A program made the position numbers and the translations under genes. The notes beneath the pieces are model-generated. The model was not told the DNA's origin, did not search any database, and worked only from the letters and a program-made list of their open reading frames with translations. From an uncultured virus (IMG/VR IMGVR_UViG_3300038428_000082) (lineage: Duplodnaviria; Heunggongvirae; Uroviricota; Caudoviricetes): a stretch of DNA of 20,000 nt. Shown piece after piece: positions 14,508 to 20,000 of this stretch (its first letter is position 1; each line of letters begins with the position of its first letter). The stretch lies in the IMG/VR virus record IMGVR_UViG_3300038428_000082. One strand, given 5' to 3'.

Positions 14508-15117
14508 GGAATTTCTCCACAACACTGGCAATGTTTTGTACCGGAGGAGTTCCACCCGTGGGAGGAGCCTGTGGAGTCGTGGGGGTCGGGGGAGCCACGG
14601 CGGATTGACCCCTCTCCACTCGCTTATTGATTGTCATGGGTTGGCCGGTCTTCTGCTGGGTCAAATATTCCCGCAGATGAATGTCTCCCTCGGCAAGGAC
14701 GATGTTTTTGAGACCGCTGAACATTAGCCGGGTTCGGCTTCCGGCTCCGGTGCTGAAAGAGGTAACCCGGACCCCTTCTCCCTCTTTTCCAAGGTAGGCG
14801 AAATCCATTTGATAGACATCAAGTCCGTGCCTGCCCAACAGAGTGTAGATGGTGTCGGAGTTAAGGTGGATAGCGATGGCAACCTCGTTCAGGGCAATCT
14901 CTTCCTCTCGAAGGGTGGTTTCACCGTCTTCGTCCCAGTACTCCTCCAAAAGGTCAATGATGGATTCCTTGGCGGCACTGATGACACCCCGGTCAGAGGT
15001 CATGCCGTACAGGAAAATCTCCATCTCCCACACTTTTCCGTGACTGAGGCTCTCCATTATCCTCATTCCCTCGTAAAGGGTAGCCAGCCGGTCTTCGTCA
15101 ATCCACATGAAATCCAT
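14491..15117 (-). CDS. Hypothetical protein, acidic N-terminus and Pro/Thr-rich linker
   Basis: AGGGGG RBS, 208 aa. Confidence 0.7.
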   Translation of the reverse strand: MDFMWIDEDRLATLYEGMRIMESLSHGKVWEMEIFLYGMTSDRGVISAAKESIIDLLEEYWDEDGETTLREEEIALNEVAIAIHLNSDTIYTLLGRHGLDVYQMDFAYLGKEGEGVRVTSFSTGAGSRTRLMFSGLKNIVLAEGDIHLREYLTQQKTGQPMTINKRVERGQSAVAPPTPTTPQAPPTGGTPPVQNIASVVEKFLDRRR

Positions 15118-15148
15118 AATTTCCCCCTAATAAGGGGTCCAAAATCTG

Positions 15149-15388
15149 TTATTTGGGTGGGTGTTTTCCGAAAAGGCTTGAAAACAAATCACCGAAGTCT
15201 CCCCCATCTTTTCCGAATATCTGGTCTACAAACCGCTCACCAGCGGTCTGAGGCTGCGGGGGACTGCCGGGCGCTGGGGCTAAAGATACGGAAAGCTCCG
15301 CAACCTCGGCTATGCGGATAGTCACCGTCTCTCCCGAGGCTATCTTTCGGAGAGTCATCTCGCTAAGTCTCACTTGCGCTTTAGTCAA
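15149..15388 (-). CDS. Hypothetical protein
   Basis: GGAGGT RBS before the TTG. Confidence 0.65.
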   Translation of the reverse strand: MTKAQVRLSEMTLRKIASGETVTIRIAEVAELSVSLAPAPGSPPQPQTAGERFVDQIFGKDGGDFGDLFSSLFGKHPPK

Positions 15389-15400
15389 AACCCACCTCCG

Positions 15401-15868
15401 TTAAGGTTTCCTCACATAATCTTCCGCCATCCCGATTTCGGTCAAGCCGAGGTTACACTCACCGAGGAATTTCCTCGTAGCATTGAAGGAAGCTGTCCAG
15501 CGGGTCAGAGCGTCGGCGGATGGGTTGGGGGCCACAAAGTGGAAGATGCCTGCCTGTGCCATCTGCACGGCACAACGGATGCAACTCATGAAAGGCCACA
15601 TGTAAAGAACGCACCCGTTTACCGGTCTATTGGCGAAAAGCAGGGCGTTGATTTCGCAGTGAACCACGTGGTCATATTTGTACGTCCGGTCAGCGTAAAG
15701 CTCGGGGTCATCCTTGGCTCCCTGCGGAAAGCCGTTGAATCCCACACCCACGACAGACTTGTTCGGGCGCACGATTACCGCCCCCGTCTTAGTACTTGTA
15801 TCTTTTGACCATGAGGCTATGTGTGCTGCTAGTTCTAAAAATCGCCTATCCCATTTTTCGTTGAACAT
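15401..15868 (-). CDS. dCMP deaminase
   Basis: WD.RFL.LA..IA.WSKD..TKTGAVIV, GFNGFP.G, HCEINA, P..SC..C zinc motifs. Confidence 0.93.
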   Translation of the reverse strand: MFNEKWDRRFLELAAHIASWSKDTSTKTGAVIVRPNKSVVGVGFNGFPQGAKDDPELYADRTYKYDHVVHCEINALLFANRPVNGCVLYMWPFMSCIRCAVQMAQAGIFHFVAPNPSADALTRWTASFNATRKFLGECNLGLTEIGMAEDYVRKP

Positions 15869-16499
15869 GCCACTCCTTTATGCTCTGGCTAATCTTTCTT
15901 CTGCTTTTAGGACTATGACGCCGAGAACATCTTTCTAATACTTGTTCGGGAGACAATTTTCTTCCCCTTAATGCCGAAGATATTCTGAGTTTTTCGTCCT
16001 TGGTCCGAGATTTCCCAAACTGGGGGTTACGTGCTCCCCCTTGGGCTTCCCGCATTTTCTCTTTGGTCTTGTCACTATGATGTCGCCCCTTCCAATGAGT
16101 AGGAACAGAGGAGTATCTTTCCCGCTGTGCTGTGGACATATTCTCTTTTGCTCTATCAGAAAACCTTCTGCCTGTGTTTAGGATACTTATAGAAATGGCG
16201 GCTTGCTGCCTTATATACTCGTACTCCCTAGAATTTATATGAAGCTCACAGTTCTTGCTATGTAGAAATCTATGCAAAGCCAGAATCATTTTACATCGGT
16301 TTCTACCTTCGGTAAACTTGGCTAGAAGACGGTGAGCAATGAAGTGCTGCTTTCCAGTTAGCCACACCAAGTTGTCTTTCCGAGAGCTACCACCCAAGGA
16401 TTGGGGGATTATGTGATGAGATTCATAATATCTACTTAGCTCAAGAGGGCTGTTCTTAGCTTTATCTATAAGCTGGTAGTAGATTTTCTGGTAATTCAT
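15846..16499 (-). CDS. HNH homing endonuclease with NUMOD3-like repeats
   Basis: ESHHIIPQSLGG...NLV.LT..QHFIAH.LL; KGRHHSDKTKEKM-type repeats. Confidence 0.9.
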   Translation of the reverse strand: MNYQKIYYQLIDKAKNSPLELSRYYESHHIIPQSLGGSSRKDNLVWLTGKQHFIAHRLLAKFTEGRNRCKMILALHRFLHSKNCELHINSREYEYIRQQAAISISILNTGRRFSDRAKENMSTAQRERYSSVPTHWKGRHHSDKTKEKMREAQGGARNPQFGKSRTKDEKLRISSALRGRKLSPEQVLERCSRRHSPKSRRKISQSIKEWHVQRKMG

Positions 16500-16552
16500 T
16501 GCTATACCTTCTGTATAAGGATTGCATAGTCAAATGTGCTGGGGTCTTTAGA

Positions 16553-17206
16553 CTAACTGGTCTCCTTTGGTCGCTCCGGCATGATTATTGGTATCAAGTC
16601 ATCAAAAATCACGGGAATGACTCTCTGGAACTCCTTGAGTAGTGGTACAGCAATCTCTTTCATCTGAACGTGCGCCCCGGCGTTGCAGGCCCGCTTCTTG
16701 AAGAAGTTTCGCCAACTTGTGAGGTTCAGGCTCATGATGATTTCGGTCTTGAGACTGTTGGGAAGGACCGACCGAGCAATCTCCGGGCGTGCCCCCAAGC
16801 GGCGAAGCTCATTGTAAGCTTTTTCCGCTTCGTTCATGGCATAGGTCCAGACATCGAACTGCGCCGAGGTCATGAACTGTTTGATGTCGATGACTTGAAT
16901 CTGCCCCGCCTTGGTATAATCGCAATAGCGGGTAGACTCTTGCAGATAAGCGGCGATGCGGTGCCGGACTATTTCATGGCTTATGCCCCGGTCACAGACT
17001 ACCCGCACGGTAATCATATGGTGGTCGGCAATGCCCTCATGTTTGAGGGTATGGAGAAGTTTCTTCACGAACGCCTTCGTGCCATCCATGTCCGTGGTCT
17101 TGGCTTCGGACTTGTAACAGTTGCGAGCGTACTTCTCTATCTGACGGAGAATCTTCTCGCCGTCGTAGTCTTCCTCAATGTGGACCTCTGCCAGTCGGAT
17201 AATCAA
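16553..17206 (-). CDS. thyX: FAD-dependent thymidylate synthase
   Basis: RGISHEIVRHRIAAYLQESTRY (RHR-x7-S-x-R), EIARSVLP, W.NF..KR. Confidence 0.95.
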   Translation of the reverse strand: MIIRLAEVHIEEDYDGEKILRQIEKYARNCYKSEAKTTDMDGTKAFVKKLLHTLKHEGIADHHMITVRVVCDRGISHEIVRHRIAAYLQESTRYCDYTKAGQIQVIDIKQFMTSAQFDVWTYAMNEAEKAYNELRRLGARPEIARSVLPNSLKTEIIMSLNLTSWRNFFKKRACNAGAHVQMKEIAVPLLKEFQRVIPVIFDDLIPIIMPERPKETS

Positions 17207-17520
17207 AACGTTTCTTCCGTGGGTAGTTGTTTGGCTACTTCCTCCAGCGTGGCGGCAATCTTGTCTACAAACTCATCGTGGGTGTAGGTCTTCGGTTGTT
17301 CCACCTCATCCCCCCGCCCCCGGATATAAGTTCCGTCACCCCGGTGGAGCATACTGATGTCTGGACCAAAGCTGTCGCAATCTTTATTGCTGCATCCGTC
17401 CCCACCGCTACAAGTGAATGTAAATTCCTGCGGGTAGTTCAAGGCGATAACTTGGAAGTCCGCCTCGGGGTTAACCCGCTTTAGACGTTCAATTAACTCT
17501 TTGACCTTGATATTTTTCAT
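17203..17520 (-). CDS. Hypothetical protein
   Basis: 105-aa ORF, N-terminus KVKELIERLKRVNPEA, coupled to thyX. Confidence 0.7.
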   Translation of the reverse strand: MKNIKVKELIERLKRVNPEADFQVIALNYPQEFTFTCSGGDGCSNKDCDSFGPDISMLHRGDGTYIRGRGDEVEQPKTYTHDEFVDKIAATLEEVAKQLPTEETF

Positions 17521-17561
17521 ATGTCACCGTTCGCCTACTTATCTGGCGAGTCGTCGTTCAC

Positions 17562-18434
17562 TTACTTGGGGAGTAAGTCCTTTCGCATACTGATGTTATG
17601 CCCGCCACAGAAGAGACAATCTCCATCCCCGTTGGTGTCAGTTCCTACACCGCACTTGGGACATGGGACACCGTCATGTATGGGAAAGGTTTCTTTTTCC
17701 TTCTTCGCCTTCACCGCATCGGGCATCACGATTTCATAGTGAAGGTCAGACTGGGAGTTCAACCAACGGATTGCCTTATCAGCATGTTCAAGAAGAATCT
17801 TGACTCGGGCACGATTGAAGGTCGGGTAGATGACCATCTCGCCGCTGAATCCCTGTAGGTGCCGTTTCTGGTCGCAGGTAGTGTCTCCGTAGACTTCAAC
17901 GTGAATGAAGCCGTCCGCAGCAACCGCCTCCGGGGGAATTTTTAGTGGACCCGAGGGCGTTTCAAAGGCCATGAAGTACATGTGCATAGGGTCCCGGAAT
18001 TCTATATCGGCGTGCGGACACACCCGAACTTCCTTCTCAAAATTCACCGTGAAATCAAAGCTCTTGGTGATAACCTTGGGTGGATACCGTTTGACAAACC
18101 ACTTGGGGAACTTCGGATGTTGTTTCAACATATCCCACCACGTCTCTGGCAGCGCCAGAGTTTCTGTGACCGTTTTGGTTCCGGTCTCATGTTTGTTGCT
18201 ATCCCGGAGAATCCACGCCGTCAGGTTCATCACCATGGCTCGCATGGTGTGTTCCAACCGGGTATGCAATTTCAGGGTGTTCTTGACCTGCGGCATTTTG
18301 TTGAGGTCTTCAATAAGCCGGTCATTCTCTTCATCACCCTGTACAAACACACGGCTAACTCCGACGTGCAGGGGTTCCAGCATGTACTTCGTCTCCCGAT
18401 ACTCAGGAGGAAACTTCCCCATCCGGTCGAACAT
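17562..18434 (-). CDS. Hypothetical protein with a C-terminal zinc ribbon
   Basis: AAGGAG RBS; CPKC...CLFC. Confidence 0.75.
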   Translation of the reverse strand: MFDRMGKFPPEYRETKYMLEPLHVGVSRVFVQGDEENDRLIEDLNKMPQVKNTLKLHTRLEHTMRAMVMNLTAWILRDSNKHETGTKTVTETLALPETWWDMLKQHPKFPKWFVKRYPPKVITKSFDFTVNFEKEVRVCPHADIEFRDPMHMYFMAFETPSGPLKIPPEAVAADGFIHVEVYGDTTCDQKRHLQGFSGEMVIYPTFNRARVKILLEHADKAIRWLNSQSDLHYEIVMPDAVKAKKEKETFPIHDGVPCPKCGVGTDTNGDGDCLFCGGHNISMRKDLLPK

Positions 18435-18936
18435 TATAAATCTCCTTAACGTTAAAGCTGTCTGCCCGCTCGCCCCGCTGGAATGAGAGTGCCATGGCGA
18501 TAATCCAGTTGGCGTTGTGAACTAAGTCGGTGTAGTCTTGTAGGTCCCGTACCACGTGGATGCCCACGGTTTCATCAGTTTGAGTTGCTACCTTGTCATA
18601 GGCGGGACTGACGGTCCAGAAGAACCACACTCGTGCTTCGGGGAAGTCCAAGGTGCAGATGGTTTTCCAATCGGTGTGCCAAACCCCTGTCTCCTCGAAA
18701 AATTCCCGGCTCATGGCACCGAGGGGGTCTTCATCTTTCTCTACCTTCCCGCCCACTCCGTTGAGCAACCCATATTGCCATGATGGCCGGTTTTTGCGAA
18801 TGAGAACAATCTTGGAGAAATCGGGGCTGAACATATAGCCGACGACATACCACTTCTTTGTGACCAACTCTTGCAGTTCACCAATCAAGTTGTTGGTACG
18901 CTTGATGGAAAAGTCCAACTCTGTGGTTAAGCCCAT
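18403..18936 (-). CDS. Nudix hydrolase
   Basis: GGKVEKDEDPLGAMSREFFEETG Nudix box. Confidence 0.92.
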   Translation of the reverse strand: MGLTTELDFSIKRTNNLIGELQELVTKKWYVVGYMFSPDFSKIVLIRKNRPSWQYGLLNGVGGKVEKDEDPLGAMSREFFEETGVWHTDWKTICTLDFPEARVWFFWTVSPAYDKVATQTDETVGIHVVRDLQDYTDLVHNANWIIAMALSFQRGERADSFNVKEIYNVRPDGEVSS

Positions 18937-18954
18937 GGTACATAATACCAGTTT

Positions 18955-19083
18955 TTACCACATTATTGGCGAACCAAAAATGTGATGACCGCCCGGATGC
19001 ACAGGACAGGAAATGTGGACGCCCTCGGGTGGAATGACCATCCACAGGGGCTTGTTAAGAGTGCAGCGGGCATCCCTCCACAT
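18955..19083 (-). CDS. Small hypothetical protein (42 aa, MWRDARCTLNKPLWMVIPPEGVHISCPVHPGGHHIFGSPIMW)
   Basis: Fills the gap; GTATTAT box just upstream of the ATG, as for the Nudix gene. Confidence 0.45.
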   Translation of the reverse strand: MWRDARCTLNKPLWMVIPPEGVHISCPVHPGGHHIFGSPIMW

Positions 19084-19095
19084 AGCGATAATACG

Positions 19096-19365
19096 TCAAA
19101 CGCAGCCGACTCTGGTCTGTTCTTTCCACTCATCCGCCCATTGCGCATAAGCGACGATTTGGGCATCCGTATACATTGGTGGGTAATGTAGGGTAGTGGC
19201 AAACATCGTCGCCAACTTACGAGAGTCTTTATCGTGAACGCTCTGCCCGTGGCTTTTGAGACTATCGAGATACCGGAACATGTCATCGTGTGTAGGAACC
19301 ATACCCCATAATACCATCTCCGCCGTAAAGAAAAACCGGTTATAATCCGCAAAAGTGAGTATCAT
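19096..19365 (-). CDS. Hypothetical protein
   Basis: 89-aa ORF, first gene of the leftward unit. Confidence 0.6.
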   Translation of the reverse strand: MILTFADYNRFFFTAEMVLWGMVPTHDDMFRYLDSLKSHGQSVHDKDSRKLATMFATTLHYPPMYTDAQIVAYAQWADEWKEQTRVGCV

Positions 19366-19420
19366 CTTGTGATGACCCTTTGTACTCGGGTCTCTACTTT
19401 AGAAAACTTGCGGAGGAATC

Positions 19421-20000
19421 ATGCCAGAGATTCAGGGTCAACTGGTGCTTGCCCAAAACCAGTATGCCTTCATTCAGGACGCCACAAAGGGCACTGTCTC
19501 GGTCTATGCCGGGCCGTATGTCCTCGCTTTGTCAGGCAACGACCGCCCGGTCACCTACAACAAGGAAACCGACACCTTCACCCAAGTCCAGCTTACCGAA
19601 GCCATCAAGCAAAACCCGCTGGTCCCCGAGGGACACTACTTGGTTCTCGAAAATCCCGCCATCGACAACAAGGGAGAGTTGACTTTCCCCAAGGCGGGAA
19701 GCAATAATCCCATCAGTTTGGAAGTCGGACGCAAGATTAACATCCTCGGTCCGGCGACCATGCCGCTCTGGCCCGGACAGGTAGCCCAAGCCATCTCGGG
19801 TCACCACCTGCGTTCCAATCAGTACCTCGTGGTTCGGGTCTACAATGCCGAGCAGGCAAACAAGAACTGCCCGACGTTCCTCAAGTCCACCGGCAAAGAC
19901 CTCACCCCCGGTCAGCAAATCGTCATCAAGGGTACCGACGTATCCTTCTTCATCCCGAAGACCGGATTCGAGGTTCTGCCGGACGGCAACAACAACAATG
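19421..20000 (+). CDS. Major vault protein (MVP)-like repeat protein, 5' part (truncated by the window)
   Basis: GGAGG RBS; frame open to the end. LAQNQYAFIQDATKGTVSVYAGP, MPLWPGQV...LRSNQYLVVRVY and GQQIVIKG....FIPKTGFEV resemble MVP N-terminal repeats. Absent from the ORF track because it has no stop. Confidence 0.75.
   Translation, partial: MPEIQGQLVLAQNQYAFIQDATKGTVSVYAGPYVLALSGNDRPVTYNKETDTFTQVQLTEAIKQNPLVPEGHYLVLENPAIDNKGELTFPKAGSNNPISLEVGRKINILGPATMPLWPGQVAQAISGHHLRSNQYLVVRVYNAEQANKNCPTFLKSTGKDLTPGQQIVIKGTDVSFFIPKTGFEVLPDGNNNN

Noticed and set aside
15846..17206. Group I intron or intein in thyX or dCMP deaminase
   Set aside because: Both enzymes are uninterrupted; the HNH gene is free-standing between them.
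4849..19191. Numerous plus-strand ORFs
   Set aside because: Antisense shadows of a tightly packed minus-strand operon whose genes have RBSs and coupled start/stop codons.
19369..19918. Listed ORFs 19369-19707, 19380-19682 and 19532-19918
   Set aside because: Alternative frames of the MVP-like gene starting at 19421.
1..20000. Stop-codon reassignment
   Set aside because: No suppressor anticodon seen, and conserved genes are full length under code 11.

Overview
Segment of a large phage genome (standard genetic code), nearly all on the minus strand. Positions 1-3600 hold a tRNA array with 17 recognisable tRNAs grouped by amino acid (His, Arg x3, Asn x2, Lys x3, Phe, CAU x3, Pro x3, Gln). The array also contains four tRNA mimics, several structured spacer RNAs and HNH homing-endonuclease genes. 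The main result is the array leader (3980-4335). It has a promoter, three GAAA-tetraloop microhelices each ending in ACCA, and an unannotated 31-codon leader peptide whose first 19 codons include a cognate codon for all 13 anticodon classes in the window. An antiterminator/terminator pair follows. This looks like a ribosome-coupled attenuator that switches on phage tRNAs when host tRNAs are depleted or cut. Upstream are an RlaP/YcgL-like nucleotidyltransferase, many small hypothetical genes, a dNTP diphosphohydrolase-LAGLIDADG fusion, GIY-YIG and HNH endonucleases, dCMP deaminase, ThyX and a Nudix hydrolase. A divergent major-vault-protein-like gene is cut by the window end. All RNA structures were folded by eye; no searches were run.
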